Shown: positions 14,331 through 27,893 of the stretch, in pieces
How the letters are laid out: each line of letters opens with the position of its first letter
Numbering within the stretch: position 1 is the first letter of the stretch
From: Eledone cirrhosa
Lineage: Eukaryota
NCBI GenBank assembly: GCA_964016885.1
Contig: OZ024745.1
Span: 30,690,001-30,754,000 of the forward strand
Direction: 5' to 3'
Length of the DNA stretch: 64,000 nucleotides
Program-made: the position numbers and the translations under genes
The notes under the pieces: model-generated
Databases searched by the model: none
Seen by the model: the letters and a program-made list of their open reading frames with translations, nothing else
Told to the model about the DNA's origin: nothing

Positions 14331-14520
14331 ACATTCTAAAAAGTGGTTGATGATATAAAAGGCATTTAACAATACAAATTATGTGTGACATTGACCTATC
14401 TAGGAAGGCAGTAACATTATGATGACCCCTCCAAGCCATGTTAGCATGGAAGTGGATGTCAAAATGATGATGATGATGATTATCATTGAATATTAAAAAT
14501 ATATCATTTCACTTCCTTAC

Positions 14521-14637
14521 CTAGTGGATCTTTCATATGAGCAATAAGCCGTTGTGTTGGTGTCACAGAATCTCGAATTGGAATCGAAGACCTTCGGAAG
14601 AATTTCTCATCTGATTTATCTGGTTTCTTGTAAGCAT
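14521..14637 (-). CDS. Host gene exon 15 (AYKKPDKSDEKFFRRSSIPIRDSVTPTQRLIAHMKDPL)
   Basis: caacag acceptor, G|gtaagg donor, 117 nt, phase 1-1, open frame. Confidence 0.8.
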
Positions 14638-14659
14638 CTGTTGAAGATGATGTAAAAAT

Positions 14660-15245
14660 TTGAATAGATCATATGCCCCAAATGCAAACTATGAGTACAC
14701 AAGAGATTTAGTGCAGGAGAGATTACATTGGCACGGACATGTGATGCGTATGAAGGATGACAGCTGCATAAAAAGGTGCAGAGTGCTAAAAGTTGATGGA
14801 AGCCTTGGAGTGGGGAGACCCAAGAAGATCTGGGATGAGGTGATAAAAGCTGACCTTGCCCAATTGTACCTCTGAAAGGTAATGACACAGGACTGAGACC
14901 ACTGGCGTTACGCAGTAATACAGAAGACTCGACTTCCCATGGGTGCAAGCTGAAGCATATAGACAGTATGACCCCACCTCCTCCCACTGTAAAGTGGTCA
15001 TGTAGGTGTCACGATAAAAAAGCACCCAGTCCACACTGTAACGTGGTCGTGTAGGTACCATGATAAAAAGCACCGAGAACTCACTGTAAATGAGATTGGT
15101 GTTAGGAAGGGCATCCAGCTGTAGAAATCAAGTGAAAATCAGTTCTGTATGAGCAAGACATGGTCACCTGACCTGGCATTGCCAACAACAGGACAACTTG
15201 TCTAACCCATGTTAGCATGGAAGAATGGAATAAAACAGTGTGACA
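14660..15245 (+). mobile_element. RTE (PHD family) 3' fragment with an internal deletion
   Basis: High similarity to 6840-7370. Confidence 0.85.
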
Positions 15246-15729
15246 TCTATTGGGATTAGGGTTTGAAGAGCTTTTTAGCTTATTCTTTTTTTCTTTTAGT
15301 GGTTTCAGTCATTAGACTGTGATCCTGCTGGACTGCCACTTCGAATTAATCAATGATATTGACCCTAATACTACTTTTTTCAATTCAGGTACATATTTTA
15401 TTGATCTATTTCTTTTTTTATATGTCAAACCTGTAAATTACAGGACACAAGCATAAACATGGACACACACATATCAATTATAGTAGTAGTAATATGATAA
15501 GAATAGGCTAATAATAAGTATGGTAAATATTTTCAGAGTAAGGACGAAAGGTGGGCTAAACATTGTCATACATAAGTATGTGCTTACAGGTGAAGATGCA
15601 TGCATTACCAAAAATATAGAGTATGAAAAAACACATGCACGTGTATATATATATTTATACATATACACATGCAGACATTTACATATATATGTACACACAC
15701 ACCCACACAAACATATAAATAAACTGAGT

Positions 15730-16420
15730 ATGGAGTTTGATTGTTCTTAGCTAACATATTATGACGTATATCATCTGCTTGAATTTCCAGGGCTTCAGGA
15801 GCACAAAGAACACAAGGTCTTTTATTGCTGTTATAGGATCTAGCTTTAGCTAGGATCTCCCAGTGTAACTTATATTGGATGTTATTGTTTTTTAAACTCG
15901 AGATATAGGCAGAAAGTGAAGTCATATTCCTTTTAAAGGATTTTAAAATGAATGAGAGTGCATGTATGAACGCTACTTAAATCTATTGGTTGTTAATCCT
16001 ATGGAAACCTTACATTTATAAACTATATTGCTTGATAGGCATTTCCCAGCTAGAAGGCAATAGTATCTATTAATACAATTGCAGCTAGAACTAAGTTCAG
16101 GATTGTTTATATTACTATGGCTAGGTAATTTAGCTAAGTGAGGTGCAGTGGTGTTGTGTACAAGATTGGGAGTTGAGGAATAGGATATTTTAACTGTGTT
16201 TCTATTAAAGATCTTGTGATATTTATGTGCTAAGAGGAAATACTTCCTAATCAATGTAAGGAAAGCTTTAGCTATTGGTGTGACCACTTCCATATTTTAT
16301 GGTGGCTTATACCATATAATGCATATAGATCTTTTTTTTTTTTTGTAGTTTTGTAGTTTTGTGCTTGTGTATTCTACCTCAATTAGAAATCCGCTTTGAG
16401 CCAGAGCTTCAACGTAATAT
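15730..16420 (-). mobile_element. Penelope-like GIY-YIG remnant
   Basis: KIFNRNTVKISYS, CNC..C...GKC..NIVYKC, PCVLCAPE. Confidence 0.75.
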
Positions 16421-16975
16421 GCATACATATATTCACACACTACACACACAGGTACATACACATACATATAGACACCTATATGTATATATACATGTTCATA
16501 CTGCACACACTCACATAGAAAAAGAAATTAAAGTTTGAAAGAATGAAACTACCTATGAGGACTAATTTCCATAATCACCATTCTACAAGTATTGAACCTC
16601 ACTGATACCAAACCAGCTGAAACCAGTCTTGGTTCTACCATACAAAGGTCTTTGTTTCTAAACCCTGCCATCATAATTTTATGTAAAATCTTTTGTTAAG
16701 TCCCAAACATCTATTAAATCTCTCCAAATTCTTGATTATTTTCAAAATTATTATAAATGTCTTTCGTAAGAATATGGCAACAAAATGTTTACTTATAAAC
16801 CTTCCTTCATGATTTTATATAAGAAATTTTGATATGTTATGTTCCATATACCTACTTAAAATGAGAAAGTTAGTTACATTAAAAATCTCTCCAAATTCTT
16901 GATTATTCTTAAAAGGATTTGAAAATCAGAGACATGGTAATGAAAGGGTTAAATGCTGTATGAATAATTGCTTAC

Positions 16976-17214
16976 CACTAAGCAAATACCCTGGTACTTT
17001 CTTTGTGTCAAAAGATGGTTGACTAAATTTACGTTTGTCTTCAGCCTCATCACGTTTAGCAGGGAATTTAGATTTCAAAAATTTGTTCACTCTGTACATA
17101 TGAGAAGGTACTTGGTCAACTGGCTTTCTTATGTTTGGAGGATGTTGATAGCTTATATCTGCAGTGCCAAATAAATCTTCTAGTGTTTCTCGATTCATTT
17201 GATTCAACAACTCC
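16976..17214 (-). CDS. Host gene exon 14 (ELLNQMNRETLEDLFGTAD...PGYLLS)
   Basis: acag acceptor, G|gtaagc donor, 239 nt, phase 2-1; completes the TG|G Trp codon. Confidence 0.85.
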
Positions 17215-17989
17215 CTGTATGTAAATAGAAAAAGTGATAGAAAAAAAGTAGATTTTTAACATCATCATCATCATCATCATCATTTAATGTCTACTTTCTC
17301 TGGCATGGTTTGGGCAGGTTATGAAAGCCCAAGACTAAAAAAGAATGAGAGATTTCATCTTGCTCATACATTCCATATTTTGGCATGGTTTCTATGGCTG
17401 ATGCCCTTCCTAATGCCAACCACTGTACAGGATGTACTGGGTACATTTTATCATGGTACCAGTACTACCACTTTACAGAGTGTACTGGGTGCATTTTACA
17501 GAATTATTGAACAACACTTGTATGTATAAAAACCTTATATGACTTAGTACACATGTGAGCAACCTTTTTCAAGCAGTGGGCGGCGTAGGATGTTGTTCAT
17601 CATAAGGTGGGCCGCACTCCTAAAAGATTTAAGGCAATTTTAAAATCAGGCGTGTTATTCAGAAAACCAAATGGGCCACATGCTACCCAATAAGCCAGTT
17701 TGCCCACAACTGACTTAGTGTTAAAGAATAAAAACTAATGATAAAATAAGAATATATTTTTTAAAACAAGTCCCCAAGGATGTGTGGCCCTAAGCTATAG
17801 TTTATTTAGCTTATAGGTAAGTCCAGCACTGCATAAGGTGCAGGTGTAGTGTATTTTTTAATAATTGAACTATTTTATATATTTGTTCTGAAACAAACTA
17901 TTTTCTTAACTTCTATTACTCTCTGTAAAGTGGTTGACTACTGAAAGGAGACAATACCAGGTAGAGAAGGCTCTTCAGTCTTGCCAAAC

Positions 17990-18700
17990 ATATGATGATT
18001 TTTCTAGTGTTGGTTAAGAAGCACTGGACTAATAACAGAGACTGAAGAATTTCTAATTGCAGCACAAGATCAAAGCCACCCTACCAGAACCCACCAAAAA
18101 TACACAATAAAGCAGAACACAAGTAGGTAACTGCAGAATATGTGGTGATGGGGAATAAACAATTAACTACAATATTTCTGGATGCCTGGTCTTTGCCAAA
18201 AAGGAATATATCACAGACATGAGAGAGCTGGGATTTACATACACTGGAAGTTATGCAACACTACAAAATACCAACAGAAAAAGGGGGTATGGTATACACA
18301 AGAAAATGTGTTGGAGAATGAAAAAGAAAATATAATCTGGGATATGCCAATATACATAGACAGGGAGATCAAAGCTAACTGACCAGTTATATGGTCAAAA
18401 ACCACATAGAAAAAATGTCTTCTAATTGATGAATCTATTTCCTTAGATGACAATACATCTATCAAAGAAATGGAGAAATGATTCAAATATAAAGATTTGG
18501 ATATAGTAGAAATAACCTGAATATGGATGATAAAAACAGAAACAATCCCTATAATAATAGGTGCTCTGGGAATGATAGAAAAACACAGACTGATACATAA
18601 CCAAAACGTCAGACTTACAAATATACACAGCATACAGAAAATAGCACTACTAGGCACTGCACACATATTACGAAAAGTACTCTCAATACAATAGAAGCAA
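17990..18700 (+). mobile_element. R4/Dong-type (restriction-like endonuclease) retrotransposon remnant
   Basis: FLIAAQDQ, CRICG, RHERAG.YIHWKLC, IIWDMPI..DREIKAN, IPIIIGALG, with stops. Confidence 0.75.
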
Positions 18701-18789
18701 TACCACCAAAAACCAAACTGCACATATCCAAGGTGCACAGAGCTGTACTCAGAAATGCATTAACAACACAGAATAAAAATATGAATAAT

Positions 18790-20058
18790 AATAATAATAG
18801 TTTCTATTTTTGGCACAAGGCCAGCAATTACTCAGTACATTACTGGTACTTTATTTTATCGACCCCGTAAGGATGAAAGGCAAAGTTTGGCGGGATTTGA
18901 ACTCAGATCCTAAAGGGACGTAACTCTATGCTTCAAAGCATGGTGTTCGACTCTCTACTGATACTGCCAATCCACCGCAGTTTCTAATTTAGGCACAAAG
19001 CCAGCAATTTTGAGAGGAGAGGAAAGTCGATTGTACCAATGTCAGTACTTTACTGGTACTGTATTTTAACAACTCTGGAAGGCTGAAGGGCAAAGTAAAC
19101 CTTAGAGGGATTTGAAACCATAATGTAGAGAACTGTAAGGAAATACTGCAATGCATTTCATTTGATGCACTAACAACTCTGCCATTAAACAACAATGATA
19201 ATGGTTTCTGATTTACACACAAGGCCAACAATTTTTTTTGGAGGGAAAGACAATTGAATTGACCCCAGTGTACTACTGGTACTTTATGTTATTGACGTTG
19301 TAAGGATGAAAGATAAAACTAACCTTGAAGGGGTTTGAACTCAGAATCTAAGGGTTACAACTCTATATTGTCTGATGCTCTACCTATAATGCAAATCCAC
19401 TGCCATATATAATAATTGCTGCACAGGACCAGCAATTACCCAGTGTATTACTGGTGCTTTATTTTATTGACCCCCGTAAGGATGAAAAGCAAAGCTAACC
19501 TCGGTGGGGTTTGAACTCAGAACGCAAAGGGCCATAACTCGGTGCTGCAAAACAAAGCATGGTGTCTGATGTTCTACCGATACTGCCAATCCGCCACCTA
19601 CTGATACTGCCATATATAATAATTGTTTCTAGTTTAGGCACAAGGCCAGCAATTACCCAGTGCATTACTGGTACTTTATTTTATCGACCCCGTAAGGATG
19701 AAAGGCAAAGAATAACAAAATAGCAACAATAACAATAATAATATAGGTCAAGAATCCTTTACTGGAAATGTTTGGGAAAGGTGTTTCAGATTTTGGAAGA
19801 TTTGTATACAGTATCTATAAAATGGGACTGCCTGGGGTTGGGACCCAAGCCTAAACACATTATTTCATTTACGTGCATTGGCAATATCGGTAAAGGGTCG
19901 GACGTCATGCTTTGACGCATAGAATTACGGCCCTTTCCATTCTGAGTTCAAATCCCGCCGAGGTCAACTTTGCCTTTTATCCTTACGGGGTCGATAAAAT
20001 AAAGTACCAGTAATGTACTGGGTAATTGCTGGCCTTGTGCCAAAAGTAGAAACAATTA
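18790..20058. mobile_element. Cluster of tRNA-derived SINEs with a Deu/Nin-like domain; further copies at 40520-40700, 43840-44010, 56715-56888 and 62460-62640
   Basis: B-box GAGTTCAAATCCC followed by GCCTTTCATCCTTACGGGGTCGATAAAATAAAGTACC; about five tandem minus copies and one plus copy. Confidence 0.8.
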
Positions 20059-20109
20059 TTTCATTTACATTTCATAATATAGCTTCTATATTATGAAATG
20101 TAAATTTAG

Positions 20110-20380
20110 AGATCACAGCTCCAATACTATCGGCATGTGGTCAGAATGTCTCAGGAAAGAATCACTGGACAAATTTTATGGGCAAAACCAATGGGTAGGA
20201 GACCCAGGGGTAGATCCCAAGCAAGATGGTTGGATAATATCCATGAGCTTGCCTGGTCATGCTTGGGGATCCAGCTGGATCAGTTGGAGATGGTTGCTTC
20301 TGACAGGACCCGCTGGAGGGAGTGTTTGAGAATCCTGCCCCCACAACGCTCTTAAGAAGAAAAAGAAGAAAAAGAAGAAG
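20110..20380 (+). mobile_element. RTE 3' end with a (GAA)n tail
   Basis: GRRPRGR..RWLDNI...DRTRWR. Confidence 0.7.
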
Positions 20381-20450
20381 GTTCTATATATATATATATA
20401 TATAAAATAAAATAAATAAGTCAAATGTTTAAAATTTGGCTTCGTTTATT

Positions 20451-20505
20451 ACTGCTATATATATTTCGGTGACAGCCATCTTTGGCTGTCACCTCTTCAG
20501 GCAGT
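20451..20505 (-). ncRNA. Type I minimal hammerhead ribozyme, intact core
   Basis: ACUGC-CUGAAGA-GGUGACAGCCA/AAGA/UGGCUGUCACC-GAAA-U-AUAU-AUA-GCAGU: perfect 11-bp stem II, 5-bp stem I, palindromic loop III. Confidence 0.85.
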
Positions 20506-20669
20506 CCGAATTAGTGTGGTAGAGACGAGTACACATGTTGTTGAGGTGTTTAACTATTTTACATTACTCTGGAGTAACCAAACCAACCTGCGCACTTCGT
20601 CGAGTGCTCCAATCTGCATACTGAGGTGTTGGTATACAACCAACATATACTCAAAATTTATATATATAT

Positions 20670-20890
20670 ATATATATACCCTAAAGGTAGTTTTATATAC
20701 ATTATACTCAGAAGGTAGCTATATATACATTATGTATACCCTAATAGTAGTTATATATACATTGTATATACCCTGAAGGTAGTGATATATACATAACATA
20801 TACCTGGAGGTAGTTATATATACATTATATAAACCCTGGAGGTAGTTATATACACATTATATATATACCCTGGAGGTAGTTATATGTAAT
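20670..20890. repeat. Minisatellite of about 37 bp
   Basis: Repeated taccctggaggtagttatatatacattata. Confidence 0.8.
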
Positions 20891-21009
20891 TTTATCCAGC
20901 ATTAGAAAATACTTCAAATCTGGAATTTCAGATAAAGGATTTTTAACCTATAATAATAATAATTGATATCAAAAGGGTTAATATTTTGTTTAGATATTGT
21001 AAATCTTAC

Positions 21010-24000
21010 CAATCTATATCCATCTGTGGGCCATATTCTTCTTCCATCTGCTTTTTAAGCCTTTTGACGTCCTTCTCCTGCTTGTCAAGCCTTTTCGGTG
21101 TGTGCTCTTTCCAGTCAAGGGTATCTATATGCTCCACCTTCTTGCCAAATGTGTCCACTTCCTCATCATCACGTTTTAACCTTTCTAGTATTTCCTTTTC
21201 CCCTTCATCTAGCTCCTCCTCTTCTTCCTTCTGCCTGTCAAGCATTTCCGCTTCCTCTCCCTCTCCCTCCTGCCTGTCAAGCATCTTCCCTTCCTCTCCC
21301 TCCTTGTCAAGCATTTTCCCTTCCGCCTTCAGCCTGTCAAGCATCTTCCCTTCCTCTCCCTCCTTGTCAAGCATTTTCCCTTCTGCCTTCTGCCTGTCAA
21401 GCATTTCCGCTTCTACTCCCTCCTTGTCAAGCATTTTCCCTTCCGCCTTCAGCCTGTCAAGCATTTCCGCTTCCACTCCCTCCTTGTCAAGCATTTTCCC
21501 TTCTGCCTTCAGCCTGTCAAGCATTTCCACTTCCTCTCCCTCCTTGTCAAGCATTTTCCCTTCCGCCTTCAGCCTGTCAAGCATTTCCGCTTCCACTCCC
21601 TCCTTGTCAAGCATTTTCCCTTCCGCCTTCAGCCTGTCAAGCATTTCCGCTTCCATTCCTTCCTTGTCAAGCATTTTCCCTTCCGCCTTCAGCCTGTCAA
21701 GCATTTCCGCTTCCACTCCCTCCTTGTCAAGCATTTTCCCTTCCGCCTTCAGCCTGTCAAGCATTTCCGCTTCCACTCCCTCCTTGTCAAGCATTTTCCC
21801 TTCCGCCTTCAGCCTGTCAAGCATTTCCGCTTCCACTCCCTCCTTGTCAAGCATTTTCCCTTCTGCCTTCAGCCTGTCAAGCATTTCCGCTTCCACTCCC
21901 TCCTTGTCAAGCATTTTCCCTTCCGCCTTCAGCCTGTCAAGCATTTCCGCTTCCATTCCTTCCTTGTCAAGCATTTTCCCTTCCGCCTTCAGCCTGTCAA
22001 GCATTTCCGCTTCCACTCCCTCCTTGTCAAGCATTTTCCCTTCCGCCTTCAGCCTGTCAAGCATTTCCGCTTCCATTCCTTCCTTGTCAAGCATTTTCCC
22101 TTCCGCCTTCAGCCTGTCAAGCATTTCCGCTTCCACTCCCTCCTTGTCAAGCATTTTCCCTTCCGCCTTCAGCCTGTCAAGCATTTCCGCTTCCATTCCT
22201 TCCTTGTCAAGCATTTTCCCTTCTGCCTTCAGCCTGTCAAGCATTTCCGCTTCCACTCCCTCCTTGTCAAGCATTTTCCCTTCCGCCTTCAGCCTGTCAA
22301 GCATTTCCGCTTCCATTCCCTCCTTGTCAAGCATTTTCCCTTCCGCCTTCAGCCTGTCAAGCATTTCCGCTTCCATTCCTTCCTTGTCAAGCATTTTCCC
22401 TTCCGCCTTCAGCCTGTCAAGCATTTCCGCTTCCACTCCCTCCGTGTCAAGCATTTTCCCTTCCGCCTTCAGCCTGTCAAGCATTTCCGCTTCCATTCCC
22501 TCCTTGTCAAGCATTTTCCCTTCTGCCTTCAGCCTGTCAAGCATTTCCGCTTCCTCTCCCTCCTTGTCAAGCATTTTCCCTTCCGCCTTCAGCCTGTCAA
22601 GCATTTCCGCTTCTACTCCCTCCTTGTCAAGCATTTTCCCTTCCGCCTTCAGCCTGTCAAGCATTTCCGCTTCCATTCCTTCCTTGTCAAGCATTTTCCC
22701 TTCCGCCTTCAGCCTGTCAAGCATTTCCGCTTCTACTCCCTCCTTGTCAAGCATTTTCCCTTCCGCCTTCAGCCTGTCAAGCATTTCCGCTTCCATTCCC
22801 TCCTTGTCAAGCATTTTCCCTTCCGCCTTCAGCCTGTCAAGCATTTCTGCTTCCACTCCCTCCTTGTCAAGCATTTTCCCTTCCGCCTTCAGCCTGTCAA
22901 GCATTTCCACTTCCACTCCCTCCTTGTCAAGCATTTTCCCTTCCGCCTTCAGCCTGTCAAGCATTTCCGCTTCCACTCCCTCCTTGTCAAGCATCTTCTC
23001 TTTCGTCTTCTGCCTGTCAAGCATTTCCGCTGTCACTCCCTCCTTGTCAAGCATTTTCCCTTCCGCCTTCTGCCTGTCAAGCATCTCCGCTTCCTCTCCC
23101 TCCTTGTCAAGCATTTCTCCTTCTGCCTTTTGTTCATCATGGGTTTCCACTTCTTCTTCCTCACTGTCAAGCATTTCTTCGCTCTCCTCCATTTCCTTTC
23201 CTTCCTTCTGCCTTCTTTGTCTTTGCCCTTCTCTCTTCTTCTTTTCAGGTTTCCTCTTCTGACTGTCCACTCCCTCCTTATCTTCTTTCTGTCTGTCCAG
23301 GGTTTCCCCTTCCTCGTCCAGCATTTCCCCTTCCTCCCCCTGCTTGTCAAGCATTTCTCCTTCTCCCTGCAGCCTGTCAAGTATTTCCTTTTCCGATCTT
23401 CTAGCTTTTTCTCCTCTTTCTTTTTCCTTCTTTTCCATGTCATGTTTTGGTCCCTCTTTCTCCACCTCACTATCCGCCGATGTCACCTCTTCATCTGTTA
23501 GTCCCTTCAACTTTGGAGCAGTTTTTTCTTTTGATGATTTTTTTTCTTCTTCCATTGCTAATTTCTGTTCTTCTTCCATTGCTAATTTCTGTTCTTCTTC
23601 CATTGCTAATTTCTTTTCTTCTTCTTCCATTGCTAATTTCTTTCTCTTTTCCATTGGTGTTTTCCTCTCCGTAAGCATTCCTAACATCTTTTTCTTCTCA
23701 ATCTGTACTTTCCTTTTCTCATGCATTACTTGTTCCTTTTCTTCTTCCATTTCTATTTCCTCGTCTTCGTCCATTTCTAACCTCCGTTCTTCCTCCATTT
23801 CTGAGGTTTCTTCTTCCACCATTACTAGTTTTTCTTTACCCTCCTCTGGTTGTTTCTTTTCATCATCAACTAATGCAGAAATTTCTACTACTTTTTCTTT
23901 TGTCTTTCTTTTTGGTGGTTTTTCCTTTGTACTCATTAATTGTTCCAACATTGCTTCTGCTTCTGCGATTGATCTTTGAGTTCTTATTGCCAGCTGTTCC

Positions 24001-24127
24001 TTATCTTTCTCAGTCTTTTCCCTTTCTACCTCATTTTCATGATCATCTTTTTTATGTTTTGAATCAGATGATCTTTCGAGTTCTGGCTTAACGCTTTTCG
24101 AAGAAGTTCTGGACAATCTGTCGAGAC
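21010..24127 (-). CDS. Host gene exon 13, 3118 nt, E/K/M-rich with 20-aa tandem repeats
   Basis: 1061-aa ORF 21006-24191; ttttatttag acceptor at 24128-24129, TG|gtaag donor, phase 1-2 matching both neighbours. Confidence 0.9.
21231..23110 (-). repeat. Coding minisatellite, 60-bp unit built from two 30-bp subunits, about 31 units (EGKMLDKEGVEAEMLDRLKA)
   Basis: Successive 60-nt lines are almost identical. Confidence 0.97.
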
Positions 24128-26362
24128 CTAAATAAAAATAGACGTGTGTAAAAGATAAGAACTGAGAATAAGTCTTGATATATCCTATCAACAGAGAGTA
24201 GCAGAAAAGGCTGGAAAGAATGGAAAAGAACAGTGTATGCTACATGTGTGATAAATACCATGAGCGAGACATGGATAGAAAGAATTGAAATGAAAATGGT
24301 TCAGTGGATGAAGGAAAGACAATGAATTGCAGAAACTGATGGGAATAGAGGCAGTGATGAATGTTACAAAGAGAAATGGTGTATGATGGTTGGGTTATGT
24401 GTTGAGGAAGGATGGAAGTGTCTTGGTAACAGGAATAGAGGCAGTGATGAATGTCGTGAAGAGAAAGGCAATGAGATAATTGGGTCATGTTTTGAAGAAG
24501 GATAAAAGTGACTGGGTGAGAGGATGATGGGAATAGAATGAGTGATGAATGTTGTGAAGAGAAATACAATGAGATGGTTGGGTCATGTGTTGAGGAAGGA
24601 TGAAAACGAATGGGAAGGAAAAGGAAGAAGAGGATGGGAAGACCAAGAAAGATTTAGCTGGGGATGATTGAGGGGGGGAAATGAAAGCAGGAATATGGTG
24701 AGGGGTGGGGGTGCTGCCAATAGGGTAAAGTGGAGAAGCTCATTATGGGGCTTGCAAGGGAAATGGCCTTAAAACGTTTGTTGTTATTATTGTATATCCT
24801 ATATCTCACCCCATAAACCAGCCAAGGAATTCCTTACATGGTTACTCCACCTGTAAGAAACCAATGCACCAATTATCATCATTTTATATCCACTTTTTAT
24901 ATTGGCATGGGTTGGCTGGTAATAAACCAAAGCCAAATGTGAAATAGACTGAAGCTGGAAACATGCCCAGGCCAGATGTAAAATGTAGATCCCTGAAAAT
25001 AGACCTTGGCCAGATGCAAAATTAACTGGCTTCAGCTCATGAAAGGCCCAGGCCAGATGTAAAATGTAGACAACAATGTTGGTAAAATGCCCAGGATAGT
25101 TAATCACATACGAGTGAAAGCTTTCTATATCACTTCAAAAGTTACACCACCAACCAATAGAGCAAAATAATAAATTTCTGACCAATCGGACACAAGAGTA
25201 ACCGACACTCCTTCAGCGATTAAGTATTCCTTCTTTAAAGACACACCCCTTCAAATCCCTTTCTTCACACACAGCACCAATCACCCTCTATAACCAACAC
25301 CACCATCAATCTTCACCTCTACCCATTAAGATTGCACTTTTCAAAATGCCCCCAATCCTAATTATCCATGTGTTATGTTTTTGTTTTATCTCTTTATTTC
25401 ATCTTATCCCATTTTAATACACTGTCATCATTATCCTTTCGTTTCATCTCATTCCATGTTATTACACTGTCACCATTATCCTTTCATTTCATCTCATCCC
25501 ACTTTATTACACTGTCCAGCTACTGTGCATCCTCATCTCCCATCTTTACTTTCAACTCTACCATTATTTTTTTATCTTTCTATTATTGTTACTATCTCTA
25601 TTACTTTTTTACTTTTGTATTATTTTCCTTATCTCATTATCTTTACATACCACTTGTTTTCATGTCATTATTATTACTATCTTTTCATGCCTTTATCCTT
25701 ATATCCCCTCTTCACTACACTTTTCTTATTATTATTCTTGTTATTTTTCATGTCTCTATAAATACTAGCGCACTGCATATTATATGCAAATCAGTATTTT
25801 CAAAATTTGGTCGGGTGTCAATTGCAATTAAAATCGAGTGCCACAACATTCTGTGAACAGTGGTTTTTAGACAGACTGGACTAATGAAATATTTGTTAAT
25901 ACTTCGAATAAACCCTACTGTCAAAAAAAACAACAAAAAAAAACATCATTTTTACGTCTGCTTTTCCCTGCTTGCAGGAACTGCAATACTCCAGGAACTG
26001 CTTACCTAGGAACTGTCTGGAATCGGCCACCGGAACCCCACAACTAACTAAACTACTTGTTGACACCGAACATTAAAACTATCCTCAATACAGAGTATTA
26101 ATAACCTCTACTTGGATTGCCTTAAATGTCTAACCCATGCTAGCGTGGAAAATGGACGTTAAACGAAGATGATGATGATGATGATACCTCGTTAACTTAA
26201 ATATATATATATGCTGGAAATGATGTAACATTACAGTAAAAAAAAAAACACACTAGAACTTGAGAGGAGTAGATCTCCTCAAAATCAGATCCATGTGATG
26301 ATGATGATAAACTGCCTGAGAAGCAAATTGATACAATTGTGTAAAAGAATTAGGAAACTTAC

Positions 26363-26389
26363 TTCGTTTCATTTTCACATACTTGCTAA
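26363..26389 (-). CDS. Host gene exon 12, 27-nt microexon (SKYVKMKR)
   Basis: ttttattttcag acceptor, gtaagt donor, phase 1-1. Confidence 0.65.
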
Positions 26390-27483
26390 CTGAAAATAAA
26401 ACAAAAAATGATTATGGTTTGTTAAATTGAGATTTATAATATTTCTTATTGTGCCACCATCCACCTGAAATTCTGCACCTCAGAATAGCAGAATGAGTGA
26501 ATCTGATAATCTTATATTGGCTAATTCGTGCCATTAGTGCATGGAATGAACCTCTATTGGTTTCAATGATCAGTGTTCCAGTTTTTTGGCCAATGGAGCA
26601 GCTTACTCATGAAACTAACCTGTAAACAGCTGAGCATTCCAGAGACATGTGTACCCTTAATGTAATTGTCAGGGAGATTCAGTATGAAACAGTGTGTGTG
26701 TGTGACACGGCTGGCTTTTTGAATTACAGATACAGTCCACATTATGTGTTAATGGCTGAGCATCCCACCGACACATGGACCCTTAAAGTAATTCTCGGGG
26801 GACATTCAGCATGACAATGTGTGACAAGGCTGAATTACTGGTACAATCCATCCTACAAACTCCCAAATAATTTCCTTCTTCCTAGTTTCATTCATAAGGC
26901 TAGCTATGCTAAATGACACTAAATGACACTTGCCCAAGATGCCATGCAGTAGGATTGAACCTGGGACCTAATGATTGCAAAGTGAACTGCACCATTTGGC
27001 TGCACTATGTCCACTACATACACACTTACATACATACATAGATACATGCTTACATACATACATACATACACACATACATTCACGTTTACAGACATACATA
27101 CATGTTTACATACATGCATGCACACACACATACATACATGTATGCATGTATGACCCTGTAACTCCTAAGGGAGTCACAGGGCATACTGTTACAGGTAGTC
27201 ATTTATTTTGTCAGTTGAGTGAACTGGAGCAACGTGAAATAAAATATCTTGCTGAAGGACACAACGTACTGCTCACTCCAGGAATGTAACCAATTACCTT
27301 ATGATTGTGAATCTAATAACCTTAGAGAACAAGACTACTCCGTGAACTGCCTAACCCCAGGAACAATCTTAGAGAACATGACTACCCCATAGGCAGCTTA
27401 ACTCCAGGAACAGCCTTAGAGAACATGACTACCCCATAGACAGCTTAACTCCAGGAAATGACTAAGCACAAGAATTTTCTCAC

Positions 27484-27529
27484 CTTGTTTTGATAGTTCA
27501 GGCTTTGGTTTAGTTTCTGAGTCTAGCAT
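27484..27529 (-). CDS. Host gene exon 11 (MLDSETKPKPELSKQ)
   Basis: tag acceptor, G|gtgaga donor, 46 nt, phase 0-1. Confidence 0.75.
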
Positions 27530-27893
27530 CTATTGTTAAAATAAAATGTTAGAGTCTTTAGATTTTTAGCAGAAAAATTAATTTTGGTTGTTATAGCAAG
27601 GAAAAGGAATGTTTAGTTAGTTGTGATAACAGGTGAAGAATGTTTAGTAGCAGTAGATTTGTAGTCCCAGATATACAAAAATATAGGCATGGTTGTCACA
27701 GCTGGAACATCTCATTGCTCTCCATAATCTACTTCATCATTGGATCAGGTGAATTATCTGGGCCAAAATAATCCACATCATCATTGGATCAGGCAAATTA
27801 TCTGGGCCAAAATAATCCATATCATCATTGGATCAAGCAAATTATCTGGGCCAAAATAATCCACATAGCTATCATTTATAGTGTGCTACTTAC

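Noticed and set aside
20986-23404. 758-aa and 768-aa plus-strand ORFs
   Set aside because: They are antisense shadows of the coding repeat; splice phases support only the minus frame.
24810-24850. 41-nt exon-like segment with good AG/GT signals on the minus strand
   Set aside because: It gives a stop in the phase required by exon 12. Not included, though a poison or alternative exon cannot be excluded.
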